From Camelus dromedarius (taxonomy: Eukaryota): DNA of 64,000 nt. Both the position numbers and the translations under genes were made by a program. The notes under the pieces were generated by a model. The model searched no databases, was not told the origin of the DNA, and was given only the letters and a program-made list of their open reading frames with translations. Positions within the stretch are counted from its first letter, which is position 1; every line of letters starts with the position of its first letter. The DNA lies in NCBI RefSeq assembly GCF_036321535.1, contig NC_087454.1, positions 28,768,001 to 28,832,000 on the forward strand, given 5' to 3'. Positions 23,621 through 37,903 of this stretch are shown piece by piece.

Positions 23621-24849
23621 CTTAAATCTTTACCACCTTTCTCATAGTTCTCTTATAGCGATGGTGAACAATCGTGTAACTGTGGCCAGAGGAACAGTAG
23701 GCACACACGCGCATTTGTGCATCCACAGAGAAGGGAGTGATGAGGTCAACCAGCCTCCTCAGAGGAAAAAGAACTTTACCTTACATATCCTAAAAGTTAA
23801 AAACGCTGGAAGACTGGGACTCCTTTTCTTTTCAAAGGTATATTATGTTTATTGGTACCTTCCTTTTTTACAAAATATAACCTTGAATTGCTTCTCAGAT
23901 TTATATACCCTATGTTTACTGCACAGTTCATGAGCCTCCCTTCCTCCTCCCAAAACAATTTCAGGAAAGGTGGAGAGAGGATTTTTCTTTTTTATTTCTT
24001 CCTTCAGTAAACAGTAAAAGTCATTAAAACAAAAAATCTGAGCTTGTGGTCTTATATCATGACAAATGTCACATTTTGAAAGTATTGTGTGAGCAATTTA
24101 AAGGGAACTGTGTGGAAATGTATAATGATTGGGAACTCTTAATTTGAAAAGTTCTGTAAGAATCAATGTAATTGATTCATTTAGTGTAATTTTATTAAAT
24201 TACTACTAATAAAAAGTTCTATCAGATTGAAAAGCATGGACAGGATGAGAACTAAATTCCAGGGGCCTGGGATTCTCTGCTGAGGCTTTATTTGTTTGTG
24301 TTGTTAGAGGAGTGAGTGCTTGAGGCCAGCTCCATCAAGGGACAGACCCAGCCCCCAACCACAGGCCCTGGGAAATGGGACACCTCTCCACTCTGCAATG
24401 TTGATGAGCTTTGGAGGGGAGCAGGACCGGGGAGCAGATGGAATTCCTGGACAATTGTTCTGGCTGTCACCAGAGAAGACAGGCAGGAGGGAGCACTGGA
24501 TAATTTACAGAGGAACAGATGCTAAGGCTTCTCCGGAACCATCTGGCCAAAAGAGGCCTGGGCTTGGGGTGGATATTGTCTTTAGATCTGAGTAATCTCC
24601 TCAGGCTCCAGCCCATCCCATTTCCTCTACCTGAGCTGTGGCTTTCCCAGGAGAGCTCCGCTCCCTGAGGACCCAGCTCCAGAATTCCACCTGGCTCTCA
24701 TCCTATTGCCTCCCTCCCTTGCTGAGTCTTTCCTCCCATTCCTCATATGGCTTTGGGCACCTATATCTTCCATTTGTGCATTCCCCTGTTATACAGTATT
24801 TTCACCCCCTTCTCCCCATCACTATATTCTAGAATCCCTCTATCACTCA

Positions 24850-25560
24850 TCTCCATGTCATTTATTCATTCAATAAATATCTATTGAGTACCCACTAAGC
24901 CAGGCATTGTTTTAGATACTGAGGATACAGTAACAAATCAGAAAAAGCCCCAGCTCTGGAGCTTGCACTCTAGTGGGAGATAGTCAATAAACAAAGAAAA
25001 ATATGTCAGATAATGAAAATTGCTATGAAAGAAAATTTTAAAACAGGATAAGGGAGAGTGATTGAGGATGTTGGATGTTGTTTTAGATAGACTGCCAGGG
25101 AAGGCTTTGAACAGAGACACAAATGAGAGGAAATATCTGGAGGAAGCACATTCCAGGCACAGGGAATAGCAAACATAAAAGCCCTGAGGCAGAAGCATTT
25201 CTATTGTGTTGGAGGATGCTATGCTATTTACTTGTTAAGTATTTCTTGTGTGCCAGGCACCTGCTAGGGAATATGAAGATGCAATCAGACATAGTTTTTG
25301 CCCTGAAGGGGCAGCAGCTTAGTAAGGGACAGAGCATGTAAATAATTATAGCACGGGATAGCTACAGTGAAGTTATGTGTAAGTGGCTAGAGATACTTAG
25401 CAAAAGGAGCACAAAATCCAACCTGGAAAATTGGGGAAGGCTTCCTGGAGGAGGTGGCAATTTGTGTAGAGGGCTGAAGGAGGAGTAGGAATTCATAATG
25501 TAAGGGGAGGAGAGGGTTTGAACATTTTAAGGCCTGATGGCCTGAAAACAAGATAACTGG
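24850..25560 (-). mobile_element. L2 LINE relic (3' end)
   Basis: Starts attcattcaataaatatctattgagtaccc...ccaggcattgttttagatactgaggatacag, the antisense L2 tail. Confidence 0.7.
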
Positions 25561-25849
25561 AAATACTGAAGTCCCTGGAAGAGGTGGAAAATGAGGCTGG
25601 TCAAGGTCAAAGAGACTGGGTCTTGCCGATCTCCGTGTGGCAAGATGAAAAGCTGCCTTTCATCCTTTGGGTGATCCCTGGGGAACCAGTGCTACAACTC
25701 TTTTCACTATATTTTTGTGCTGTTTCTCCTCCCGACCCCCATTCTTTTTTGTTTGTTTGTTTTTTGAGTACTAGAATCTTTCCCCCGCTTTCCTGCTATC
25801 GCCCTACTCCTGACCCTTCCTTCTCCTGCGGCCAGACCTCCAAATCCTG

Positions 25850-26400
25850 CTCTTAGAAGACCCCAGGCTTTCCCCACGGTCCAGCGCCCCAGTTCCCCAG
25901 CTCGGGGCCACGCCCCCATAACCACGCCCACGATGACGCGCCGCGCCCAGTGCGTGGGGATTCCCGCGGCTGTGGCCACTACCCGGCCTGCCCCGCGGCA
26001 AGATGGCGGTCTGAAGGCAGTGGGCAGCGGCAAAAGTTTGTTGTGGGATTGGAATAGCCGGGCAGGGAGTCTAGAGTTGGGGGAGACCGTGGGGACACCA
26101 GCATGGAGCTGGGGAGGAGCTGGGACTACCTCTGGGGTTGAGAAGAGGAAATGGAATGGTGAAAGGTTGGAGGCGGAGAGAAAAAAAGGAGATAGGGATG
26201 GAAGGGAGGGGGCCTAGATTCCATTGGTAGTCCTGGGGGAGGGAGTTCGAGGCGGGGGAGCCAGAAGTAGGTGTGCAGCCCGGGAGAAGTAGAGTCACGA
26301 ATTGAAGCGGAACTTATTAACCGAGAGTCAAAAGCCTGGAGCGTGGGGCCGAGGCCCGACGGCAGCAGGCGGGTGGGAGAGGAAAGGGGGTCTTTTCCGT
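25850..26400 (+). promoter_or_regulatory. TJAP1 CpG-island promoter
   Basis: CpG-rich, with KLF/SP boxes (ccacgccc x2), kB-like GGGGATTCCC at 25956-25965 and YY1-type CAAGATGGCGG near 25997. The first-exon boundary is not resolvable. Confidence 0.7.
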
Positions 26401-26498
26401 AGAGGAGTATAGTCGGAAAGAGGGGAAAAGAGACCTGAAGCATGCTAGGCAGTTTCGGTAAGGAGGGAACTAAAACCAGTCAAATGACCCTCTTCCAG

Positions 26499-26643
26499 AC
26501 TTAGATCAGCCTTTCCACGGTTCTTATAGCAGCATCTGCCCCAATTTCGGCTGAAGACTCAGGGGCCCCAGGGACTGGAAGAAATCACAGTGCCTACTTG
26601 GAAAGAAGAGGTAGCGACTTGCCCCAGCTCAACCCCAGAGCGG
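26499..26643 (+). other. Predicted TJAP1 5' leader exon
   Basis: Acceptor ctcttccag| and donor |gtaagg; 145 nt. Confidence 0.55.
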
Positions 26644-27859
26644 GTAAGGTGGCCTCCGGTGACAGGCTGGCATGCTCCCTGGGAGCAGGATGCATGGGCT
26701 CCGAGTGAGGCTGAAAATCATTTAATCTGAAAAAGGTACTCTTCTGTAGAGGCTGCCCTTTGCCTGTGCTCCCTTAGTTAGTGTTCTACTTAGATCTCAC
26801 GCAGATTTTGAGAGTTGGGTGTAGAATTGAGCCTTGTGTGCTTTCACTTGTAAAAGCGAACGTGGGCAAGAGCCTAGAGATCAGGCTGAAAGTATTTTAG
26901 CACATCCCGTCACAAGCAACTTCCTTCATGCTCACTATATTTTCTTGTCTCCCCATCACATCTTCAGTTTGGTATCCTGCCTGAAGTGAGATTTGTGGGT
27001 GAAAGATGGTGGGGAGTCATAGGAAAACAAATTTCTGATGGTGTTTGCTATTTAGGTACCTGCTGTCACCAATTTTGGAATTCACTCTTACAGCATGTCT
27101 ACCTCTTTTGATCTTTTCTTTTGGTGAGAAGGGCTCATTAGTGTTCTTTAGGGGTGTGGATTTGTTGGGTAGGTGGGGTCAGAGGAGGAAGGAAGGCAGG
27201 TTGGGATTAAGGAGAAGAAACCTGTATCAGTCTGTGGTAAGAGGTCAAGCTGACTGGCGTAAAGCTCTGCGAATGTTTTTCACATCACTGTGTGATATTG
27301 AGAGCTGCTTTACAGCCTGGACCAGTGTGGTGTTGGAAGGAAAGTATTGTAGAGCTTGCCCTTTTCTTTTCTAATAGCTTTCTTCTTTTCCTTTGTATTC
27401 TCCCCAACAAACTGTATTTTAAAAAAGAAAATCAGTTTCACTAGCCAAACTAAGCATGGCTTGAGAGATAGTGGACTTGGGGTTGGAGAAAAGAGAAGAG
27501 GTCTGCAGCCATAGAGGCAGTGAGTATGATCCTCACTCCTTTGATGCCCTGTGGTTATGCCCAAACTAGAGTTGGGAGCATGTTTCTTACTGAAGCCTCT
27601 TTCAGGATCTGCATCTGCTCCATGATTGGACTGGAAAGTCTGGTTTGATCTAGGACTCCTCACTAACCATCTCCTGCTCCCCACTCCCCCCCTGCCCCCA
27701 AAGGCAGACCAATACAAATCACTGTCACTAGATTAGCTTCAGTACCTTCAGGTATCTGAAGAACTGATGTTATTTAGCTGTGACTCCATTTCTAGAAGGT
27801 TGAGAACCTTCTCTTTCTGAGAACAATTTGCGGGTGCCCTAGGAAATTGTGATCAGCAA

Positions 27860-28110
27860 GGACAGTGTGGTGAGTGCACATTAGAGGTTAAGAGCACTGA
27901 CAGTAGAGCCAGACTGCCTAGTTCAAATCTGGGCTTTGCCATCTGTAACTCTGTGACCTTTAGAAATTGCACAGCAATCTATGCCTCAGCCTTCTCATCA
28001 GTCAAATAGGATGGTAAGAGTACCTATCTCATAGAGTTGTGTGAGGGTTAAATAAGTTAATACATTAATGTGTTTAGAACAGTGCCTGACACTCAATACA
28101 TTATTATTAT
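27860..28110 (+). mobile_element. MIR SINE relic
   Basis: Contains ggttaagagcactgac...gagccagactgcctagttcaaat...ctcatagagttgtgtgagggttaaataag. Confidence 0.7.
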
Positions 28111-28349
28111 GCGAGTCAGATCTCAGCACTGATTTCTGCTTCATGATTGAACTTGGTGTCTCTCTGTGGAGGACCAGTACTGGTTTGGGCTGCTATCCTG
28201 ATGTTAGAGAGAAGAGGCACAGCTTTTGGATAGTATAGATTTTTGCATGTGGTGAGACCATCCTCATTAAGTATTTAAAGTGATGTTAAAATGCCAGTGA
28301 TTTCCTGCTTGAAGCTGTGAGGCTGTAGAATTATCTAATTTGCAGTTGA

Positions 28350-28590
28350 GTGATAATAATAATAATGCTTATTGAGCACATTCTATGTGGCACTGTTTTA
28401 AGTGCCTTACATGTATTCACTGGTTTAATTTTCACAACAACCCTCTGATGTAATGCTGTTATTATCCCCATTTTACAGACGAGTAAATAGAGGTGCATAG
28501 TGGTTAAGGAATTTGCTCAATGTCACCCACCAGTAAGTGGCAGAGCTGGGATTTGAACTCAGGCAATCTGGCTTTAGCATTTGAGCTTCT
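28350..28590 (-). mobile_element. MIR SINE relic
   Basis: Contains ttattgagcacattctatgtggcactg...attatccccattttacagacgag...ggatttgaactcagg. Confidence 0.7.
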
Positions 28591-28923
28591 TTTTTTGGAT
28601 TTGGTATGAACTTTAAAATATGCTTACTGGCAATTTGTATTTCTTGTTAGTTTGTCACAATGGTTCAATGTATGCCCATATTGTAGTAAAAATTTTTTGA
28701 TTGTTTCAGAAATGTTTTAGGAGCTGAGTTCTTCATCTCAGTTCACTCCTTCTCAAAGATAATAACTAGTGCAAGGACCGGTGAGGCAGCCCCCTGTGAC
28801 CTGTTAACCAAGTCTGGCCTCTCTCTTCATGATTTAACTTGGTGACTGCCCTCTGGAAAGCAGGTTGGGTTGGGTGAGCGGACAGAGTGACATTTGGATC
28901 CATTCTTAGCATGCCTTAAAGAT

Positions 28924-28964
28924 TGTGTGTGTGTTTGTGTGTGTGTGAGTGTGTGTATGTGTGT
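28924..28964. repeat. Interrupted (TG)n microsatellite
   Basis: Read directly from the sequence. Confidence 0.9.
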
Positions 28965-29889
28965 AATGTAGATGGAAGTATAAGGATCACTTCTGACTTT
29001 GATTACTGACATGGGCAGTTGAAGTAGCCATAGTGTTAAATTCATAGACAGTCTGGATTCATCTTTTAAAAATAACAAGCAGCAAACTACACAGGCGGAA
29101 AAAAATGTGGCATTTTAAACAGAGCTCTCCCTCCAACTTGAGAGGAAAATGGAAAATTAGTGTGCTGTGTTGTTGAGGAAGGCCCTGATGCAGCGCCCAA
29201 GTCTCTTTCCCTTTAGCCAGGGAGGAAGCCGTGTGCGGCCTTGGGGCAGAGGTGTGCCCAAGGATTGATTGACTGGCTTTCCTTTGCCCTGTACTTAAGA
29301 CTCACTCTTCCCCTCCTTCTGAGTCATGTCCTGTCTATTTAACACGCCCTCAGGGCCCATCTTTTTCTTCAGTAAGTGACTCCTCTTTGCCAGAAGAGTA
29401 GGTATGCACCTGGTGTTTGACCAGATTTTGGGGAATCAGGGGCTCAGGACTTAGGGCTTTCCTTGAGAATTCTGACCCAGCCCTGTGTTGAACTTTTCCG
29501 TTTGTTGTGGCACATGTGATTTTAAGAGTTAGACGGCATCTGTCAGTCTCTCCCCTCCTCCATCACTATAGGAGCCACGTATCTCAGGATAACGTACTTT
29601 ATCTTGATTTGTGCTGCAGTCAGCATGCTGAAACGTGTCATCTCCATAGAGTACACTTTTGTGTTTTGGTAAAAGTCCTCAGACTTTCTGGATTCAGGTC
29701 ACGTTTTAGCAAGTGATTGAACTGCAGGGCCAAGGCTGATGGATTTTGAGCCAATTCTCCCCCTTTACTGTTTTCTTTTTGTTGTTATCTAAGTCAGTTT
29801 CTTCTCATAACACCCTGTATTCACATATTATCTTTGAATTGAATCCTTTTACCTCCTCCTCACTACCATATTTTGAGTGCCCAGGACCT

Positions 29890-30290
29890 GTGGGAAAACT
29901 GGGCCTTCTCCATCTGGACTCAGCCCCTTAACAGCTCTCTAAACTTATCTCATTCTCTGCAACTTCTGGGCCTTTGCACATGTGGGTCCTTCTGTCTGGA
30001 GTGCAGACATCTCAGACTCCCTTTACCTTCCTTACTGCTCTTGAGATCTCAATTTAGATGTCACTTCCTTTGGGATCCCACCACCCTTGAGTGTCCTTCT
30101 GTGCATACTTCTATTTCAACACTTACTGTATTGTAATTGCCTGTTTACTAGTCTGACTCTCCCAAGACCATCAGTGCCCTGAGAACAGACACTGTGTCTC
30201 AGTCATTGTTGTCTTCTAGCATTTAGGATAGCGCAGGGCACATAGCAGATGCTTTATAATGTTGTGGTAGGTTTAGAACGAATGAAATGT
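29890..30290 (+). mobile_element. L2 LINE relic (3' end)
   Basis: Contains gggcctttgcacatg...ggcacatagcagatgct...gaatgaa. Confidence 0.65.
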
Positions 30291-33200
30291 GGACAGTCTC
30301 CCCCTACTCTAATCTACCTAACATGCTGCTGTAAAAATTATTTTCCTATAAAATATGATGTCTTTTCCCGTAAAAATGCCATGGCTTCTCCCTTGTTTTG
30401 GATAAAGTCCACACTCTTTAGCTCGGCATGCAAAAAGGTTCTTTACACTCTGTCCCAAACTCAACCCTCTGGCCTGAGTTTCTGCCGCTCTACTTCATCT
30501 GTCCTGTGTTTCCTTGCTCCTGTTTCCTTCTGCTCCTGAACCTGTTCTGGCCATCTGTTTACTTTCTTCTTGCTTGTGCACTTTGCTCTCTCCTTAACGC
30601 TCATCTGTCTCTTAAACTCTGCTCATTCCTTGAGACCCAGTTCCTCTGTCACCTCCGGTGAGAAGACTTTCCTGCTTTTCTTTCTTCCTCATGGCCCCCA
30701 CAGCACTTCAAACCTCTGTTCTGGCACTTACCATGTTGTGTGGTGAGTTCTCTATTTCTCACTGTCTCTTTCGCTGAGCTCACCCCCTGTAGAGGGGGGA
30801 CCCTTCCTAATTATGGGGTTGGGGTGAGGGAATAGGGGAGACAAGGAGGGTGGGGTTTGGGGGAGTTGGAAGAGGGGTGAGCAATGTGATGGAGTCTGAT
30901 CTGGGAGCTGGGTTTCAGTCCCAACTCTGCCACTTACAATCTGTGTGACTGTGGACCGGTTACTTAAGCAGTAGAATCCTTGGTCTTGTCCCCTAGAAAA
31001 TGAAGGTGACATTCTTTTTTGCAGGAGTATTGAACATTAGAGATAATGAGTTCACAGCATGGGGCATGGTACCTGGCATATGAAGGATACTCAGTAAATA
31101 CGTGTTGAATGAATGAATCTCATTTTTGAAAACTCAGTAAATAAGAAGAGGCTTTGTTTTATTTGAGCTAGATTAAGCCTTTTGATTTTTGCCAGGTAGC
31201 CAGGAACATTTTTGAAGTGGGAATAAAATTGAGAGAATCTCCTTTCTTGTGATGAAGCAATAAAAAGGGTGAAATCTTATTTTGTACATCGTCAATGTGC
31301 AAAATAAGATTGTTGGTGCGTCTCCATCTGTTATGTTGTAATGACTCCTTTGATGGATCATGACATGGTATGAGATTGGTGGTGACCTTGCTGGATACAG
31401 GTGCGGTCAGGTAGGTGTTGGATTTGTGATGTAGCTAAGGCTGTGGATGACTGGATGGGATGTCTGAAGATCCATGTTCCCCCATGTTTTATGGACTGAA
31501 AAATGTTGGAGGAAGCTGATGGAACACATCTAGGCATTGAGGAAGCCAGACTTCTTGTCCCACTTTTCTTAGGGCTTCGATGATCTTCTTTTGTCACAGA
31601 ACAGTATTAACTCAGGTGTCCCCCAGAAATGGGGATTGTAGCTGAGAGCTGCTGTCCATTCTTTGTCTTTTTGTTGTCAGTATAGTTGATGGGGGGTAGT
31701 TCTTAGGGTACTAGTTCCCAAGAAACACCAAAGGAATTTGTTTCCAGAAATCTAGACCTCTTAATTGTATATTGCCACGTGGTGCCCCAGTGTGAGTTTA
31801 CAGTCAGAGGAAAATTTGTCTGGGTTCTCAGGAGGGCAGCCTTCTTTTCTAGTCCTTAAACCCCTTCCCCAGCCATGCATCTCTCCTCTTTGCTCTCAGA
31901 GCACATACCACACTGCTGTGCAGGTGGCCGTTAACCTGTCTCTCCCCACCTAGGGGCAGGGTCTTCTTAGAAGCTTCCTAGAGGCAAGGTCATTTACTGA
32001 AGGCTGAGCAGTCGTGGTTCCTGGGTGGCCCAGCCTAGTCCTTAGACTAAAGCAGGTGAGATCTGTTTGGCAAAACCTTTTGAACTCTCTGGAAGGAAGG
32101 TCCAGCATAAACAAAAGGTGATAGTGTTAACAATCGTATTACTAATTGTTTTCCAGAGCTGAGTTAATGTGGTTAAATGATCTTCCAGGTGCTTGGCTTC
32201 AGTAGTCTCCCTTTTCAGCCTTCTTGTGTTCTCATCACACATCCTAAGCCAGCAGGAAGGAGTTAAAAGAGGAGGTGAAATATACACAGGTGTATTTTCT
32301 TGCTTAATTAGCATCTTCTAAAAAGTCTTTGGCTGCTGGAATCCTCTCTGTTATTCATTAAGCTCCTTTTAGTGCCCACTGTAACCTGCTTGCTTTTCTG
32401 TTGTATCACTAGTCCTATCTCGGTGTGCCCCACGCTCACAGCCAGGACTTACTACAACCTTGTTAGTGCCTGGACTGATGATCAAAAGGATGAAAGCAGT
32501 AGGTAGAAGTGGACTGAAGGAGTTTTCCCCTGGCTCTACCTGTCGTCCCTTAGTGTGGGGTGTGGGTGTGTGTGCGCACTGTAGTATGGCAGGTCTTCAC
32601 TGATGGCATCTTGGCAGGAGCGATCAGCTGCATTGTATGTAAAGCAGATTTGAGAGGAGATTGGGTGAGCCATCTGGACTGGATTGTGCTGTGTGCTTTT
32701 CAGCTTCAGAGGGACTGAGTCCCGTGGACTGATCACGAATGGAAGAGTGAGACCTCTTCTTTGTTAGGCCTATCTCATAAGTGCCAGTGGTCTGATAGGT
32801 AACATTTGGGATCTATAAAGGTCATGGCCTCCCTGTTTGTGAAGAGCTTCTGTGCTCTCCTGTAAACTGTGGCAGGGAACTCCCTCAGGAGAGGGACTGC
32901 CTTGTGGGAAGACAGCCTAGACCCGAAAGCCCTGTGCTTCCTCTCAGCCAGCCAGTGGGTTACAACTCTGTGCTTCTCGTCCTGGATACTGAACAGTGGC
33001 CTCTTTGCACCTTCCCATGAAGCCAAGTTGAGAATTCAGTCTCAGAAGTCTTTGAGGATCTTTACAGCAAAGCAGAATTGTTGTGGCTTTTCTATGGCTC
33101 CCTGGAGAAGACAGCTTTCCAGGCTTTGCACTGGAATTAGAAATGTAGGGTTCTGTCCCAGTGTGTCCATGATCTTGGACAAGTCACTTGTCCTCTCCGT

Positions 33201-35340
33201 CACTACCTGCTCTATGGGCCTTACTAGGCTACAAGGATCAAAGGAAATATAATAGAAGGGAAATCACTTCTGGAATGGTACGGCACTTTGCAGATGGAGG
33301 GTTTTGTCCTTTTGTTGTAGGAATTGCATGTTTTCATCATAAACAGTATATGTCCTCATATAAAATGCCAACCATACAGAAAAACATACAAAATAAAAAG
33401 TAAGATGGCCTTCCCTTTCTTCTCCCACTGCTCCTGTTTAAGTTCTTTCCCCAAAATAAGGAACTCCTGTTAACTGTTTATCATGAATCCTTCTAATCAT
33501 TTTTGTGTCCTTCCAGACATCCCTCATCGTGTACTGCCTGTAAGATAAACAGAGCTCAATAATAATACATCCTGTTCTTCAACTTGCTCTTCCTCCTAAC
33601 AAGTAACCTGGTGGGGAAATAGTCCCTATTAGAGCCTTTGAGGAGCCTGGTTGCAGCCTCCCTCCCTGTTTGGTGTGTTCCTCAGGGGCTGGCTCCTTGG
33701 GGAGGATGGGGCAGCTTTCCTAGAGGTTCTCGCCACAGCAGACACCTGCTTGTCTCTGAGGGATTGTTTTTTATTCTGAGATGAAACTGTCTAGCAGGAA
33801 TGCCCTTGATAGGGAATCAGGATGGATGTAAGTGTGACTTAGGCATCAGCACTTCCATCTCATATGTGTTTCTCCCCTTGTTTCATCTTTGGTTGAGTAG
33901 AGAGTAGACTTACCTGATTTCTCAGTCCCTATTTCAGTGCAGACAGTCCCCCCCTGGTTTCTGAAACCTTGGATTAGCCAGGTCACTTGCTTCTCTACCT
34001 TTTGAGAGCAAACCAGACCCCACTGGTGTTTATTTATTTACTTATTGCTTTGTGTGTGTGGTGAGGATTCAGAAGGTAGCCAGTCCATGGCCATGCTTTC
34101 TTACCAGTCTAGGGAAGATGTCAGAGCCTGCAGAAAGAGTTGTTATCTTCCCTGCTAGATGGTCATCTTATCCTCCATGGTCAGGCCTTGGCTTTTTGGC
34201 CTCTGGAGCTATCAGAGCAAAGTGGGGAGCCCTTTGAGGAGGCAGCTGGGAAGCTGGTAGGAACCTTCTGTCTGTGCTTATCGCTGGCCTGGGTGTGGGA
34301 GAAGGCCAGGCCTATTGGCGGGGCCAGGGTGTTCTCCCCTTTCTACCCCGTGTCATATCATCTACAGGCCTTTCAGACAAAAGGGGGAGCCTTCTGCTTT
34401 TTCCCTGCCAACATTGTCCTTCTCTATGAAGCACAAGCTGTGTTTGCTGATCTCTTTGCCGTACTTTTTCTGTCCTGCCCCAGCAGTTGCATCCCATAGG
34501 GTCCCTGGGCCTCCACTGCTGTGATGCATTTGCCATGAGATCGCTAAGCCAGGGTGTGTCACTTCCCCTAGGTGGTTCTGGAGGCTTCGGGAAAGAGTGG
34601 TTTCTGCTGTTCCCCGGGCTGGCTCTGTAGGAATGCTAGTCCTCCTGGGCATTGCTCATTCTGAGGAAGTGGGATAGTCCCTCTCGGAGTCTGGGGAGCC
34701 TGGCCCTAGTATAGCCCTTAGCTTCGCTCTGTGGTTTCCTCTGGGGCCAGCTCCCTGGGAAGTGCCGTCCCTAGCCCTTTCAGAAACTGAAAAGTGGCAA
34801 TGTCACCTGTTCCCCTGACCAGCCCAGCTCCGGGCCTGGGCGCACACTGCCCCATTGTACTGTGCTTTCCATGCAGCTCTTGTTGCAGCCTCTGGTCCCT
34901 GGGCCAGTTCTCTCCTAGCCCCTTTCCTGGGAGCCCGTGGGAGGTGGTGGGGTGAACTCTGTCAGCACAGGCATGGGCTGGGTGGCAGCTGCAGCTGTGG
35001 TTGTCTCTGTTCTTACAACCCAGCTTTCAGGGCTCTGGGACTGCCTGGCAGCAGAGTTCCTGGAACAAGTGAGACAGGGGAGCCACCCTCCAGTAGCAGT
35101 GCCCCCCACAGTAGCGGTCCTCTCTTTCTGTTGACCAACCAGAGACCTTGTTACCTGGGGTCACGGGCTGGGCTCACTGGTTGGCAGAGGGAGTACTATA
35201 CTTCCACCGGGCACGCTTTCCAGATGGGAGAAAGCCCCTGAGGGTCTCGTGGTAAGTTGGGAGGAGCTTCCCTGTCAGGAGAGTGCAGTGTGTACCCTCG
35301 GGCACCCTACAGCTTGGCATTCCTTCTGCTTTCTCTGCAG

Positions 35341-35470
35341 CTCCGGAGTTGGGCTGCTCACAAACCAAGCTGTCTGTTTGTATGGAGTGCCTGGAGGGCG
35401 TCTGCCATGAGTCTGTCGCTAACCATGCTAACCAGGAGAGCTGGCTGGTTGGGGAGAAGACACTAACCCT
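35341..35470 (+). other. Predicted TJAP1 5' leader exon carrying upstream ATGs
   Basis: Strong acceptor tccttctgctttctctgcag| and donor |gtgagt; 130 nt. Confidence 0.6.
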
Positions 35471-37812
35471 GTGAGTCTGACCTGGGCCAGCTAACCTGCC
35501 CTGAGGTACCACCAGCCTGTCTCTGTCCTCCCTTCCATCCCCAGCCTGACTGCCTCCTCCCCTTAGCTTACATCATGCCATCTCCTCTGCTCCATGGAGT
35601 TTGAGAACACCCCTCAGTTACCAGCTATTGATTTCATGCCTCAGAGATGGATGGAATCAGAGTGGGAAGGGAATTTTCTGCTAGAACTGATAATTTCCTC
35701 CCTTTATTAAGAGGGGGAGATTGAATGGTGTCCCCATTATTCTCATCCTAAGATAGTAATTTAGGGTGAATTGCAGGTTCTCCTTGGGGGTGAGGAGGTT
35801 GAGGAAAACCTTGGCCTGGCTGTGGGGAATTCTCAGGGCAGAAGAGTGAAGCTACTTAAACTGAAAGCTGGAACCCAGAACCAGGTACTCATCATTGGCG
35901 ACTGTTGCTCTGGGGGTGGAGTTTGTCCCTCACCGCTTCCACCTGGAGCTTCAGGTGGACTTTAGCCGAGAAGAACTGGGAAGGGTGCCTCAATGAGAGG
36001 GGGCAGGACCTGGCTTTGGACTCCACAGTGAGCCTAGGGGAGGCCTTTGCCTCAGACTGGGAGACTGGTGAACAGCTTGCCATGGAGAAGCTTCTGCCCA
36101 ACTCCGTCCTTCCCCCAGGCTTGGAAAGGAGAAGAGGGGTCTGGAGATAACAGGAAGGCCAATTGCTTGGGGCTCCCTGGTGTTCTGCATCGGTAACTCT
36201 GTAGACAGACACTGCAGACAGACACTCCTGCGTCGGGAGGCAGTGCAGCATTGGGTAGGCTGCATGGAGCAACTTGAAACCTGAAGATCCTCCAAGTGGA
36301 TTGTTTGCCTTGGGCCAGGATGCCTGTGACCGTGGGGTGGGAGTGTGTAAATAGGAGACAATGTAGGTGCTACGTGGATGTATAGGGACCTTGAATAAGG
36401 AATTAACAAGCTGGAAGGGTCTGTGGCTTGGCTCTGACCAGGAGAGCAGAAGGGGCCTGGAGTGGAGGCTGGTTCAGGGCCACCCCTCACTTGACCCTTC
36501 CTTAGGAGACGGCATGGGAACTAAGATCCAGTGCTAGTTATGAGCTTGGGGATGTTTTGGCCCTCCCTTTGGGTAGGGGTTGGTTTGCTTAGATCATCAT
36601 CATCGATAGTCTTCAGCCCCTTTATTCCTGTCAAGTGTTTGCTTGAATGAGAGACCACGTGGATAGACGTGAGGTATTTGCTCAGGTGGGGAGCCAGGTG
36701 AGCTCTCACAGGTCACCATCACTAATTCTGAGGCCCTGGGATGACTCTGGGGCAGAATAATTCCCACCCATTTTGGCTTTGAAAAACCTGTCAGTCTGTT
36801 CCGCTTAGAGCAGGCAGGGGGCCAGATCAGGGCTGCAGGCAGCATGTCCCAGGAGGGTGAGGTTGTTCTTGCCCAGAGGGGTGGCAGGCCTGGCTGGGGG
36901 AGGGGCAGTGAGGCTGGTCTGGGCACAGACTGGCATCTTCCAGCCTCGTCCTCGGCCCAAAGCAGAGCCCTCCTGGGCCCCACCCCGCTCTCTGCTGGCT
37001 GCCTGCCTGCCACGCGCCCAGGATTGCTGAGGGCTTTGCTCAGGTATCTCGGGAACAGCTGCTCCGGAAACTGGGGGCCTGTGTGGGGAAGGCTGAACCT
37101 AGCCTGCTCTGGTAGGACTGGCTGGCTGGTGGCTGTTCACTGACAGTTGAGGTAGAGAGGAGCTGTACTGATGTTGGGGGGGGGGGCTGCCTTGTGGACA
37201 GCCCCAAGGGCCCCTGGTGGGTCACCTGGTTACAGAGCTAGCCCTTGCAGAGTGGTGGTTTGTGTTTCTTGGGCCTCAGCTGGAGGCAGAGCCTGGATTT
37301 TAGAGTCTTGAGAAGCAGCCAGACTTGTGCGGCAGGAGTGTGTCCTGCCCCCAGGGGCACAGCTTCCTCCAGGCCTGCGGAGTTCAGAGACTACCGCAGG
37401 GCTTACAGCTGAGGGGGCTTCCCGCATGGGAGGTGCCAGGCCCTGTGATCAGACATTCATGGTCAGCAGTTGCTTAGGGGCTTTGGGAAGGGCCCCTATT
37501 TGTTTTTATTATTTACTTGTATGCTGCTGGGTTAAGGCAGTGTACAACACAGTGGGAGTATTTTGAAAAGGGGCCATTTTTCCTTCCATTTTAAAAGTAG
37601 TAGTGATTGCTAACTTCATTTTACTTTCTTTGAGCAAATTCTGAAGAAAAGCTTTAATGATTTTTGTGGTGATACGTGTGCCTTCCCTGATTCAGAAGAT
37701 TAGGTTCATTGGCCCCTGAAGTTTCCTTGCTTGCTTCATTCAGTAACAACTGGGAGCAGGTATTATCAGTAGGTTCAGAAATCTGAACCCAGATAAACTG
37801 TTGGGACCATAA

Positions 37813-37903
37813 TTTTTTTTTTTTAATGGAGGTACTGGCCATTGAACCCAGGACCTTGTGCATGCTAAGAATGTGCTCTGCCACTGGCCTATACCCTCCC
37901 CCT
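37813..37903 (-). mobile_element. tRNA-derived SINE, camelid Vic-1-like, short form
   Basis: Reverse-complement of the same head plus a poly(A) tract, with 9-bp TSD ccataattt at 37807-37815 and 37906-37914. Confidence 0.85.
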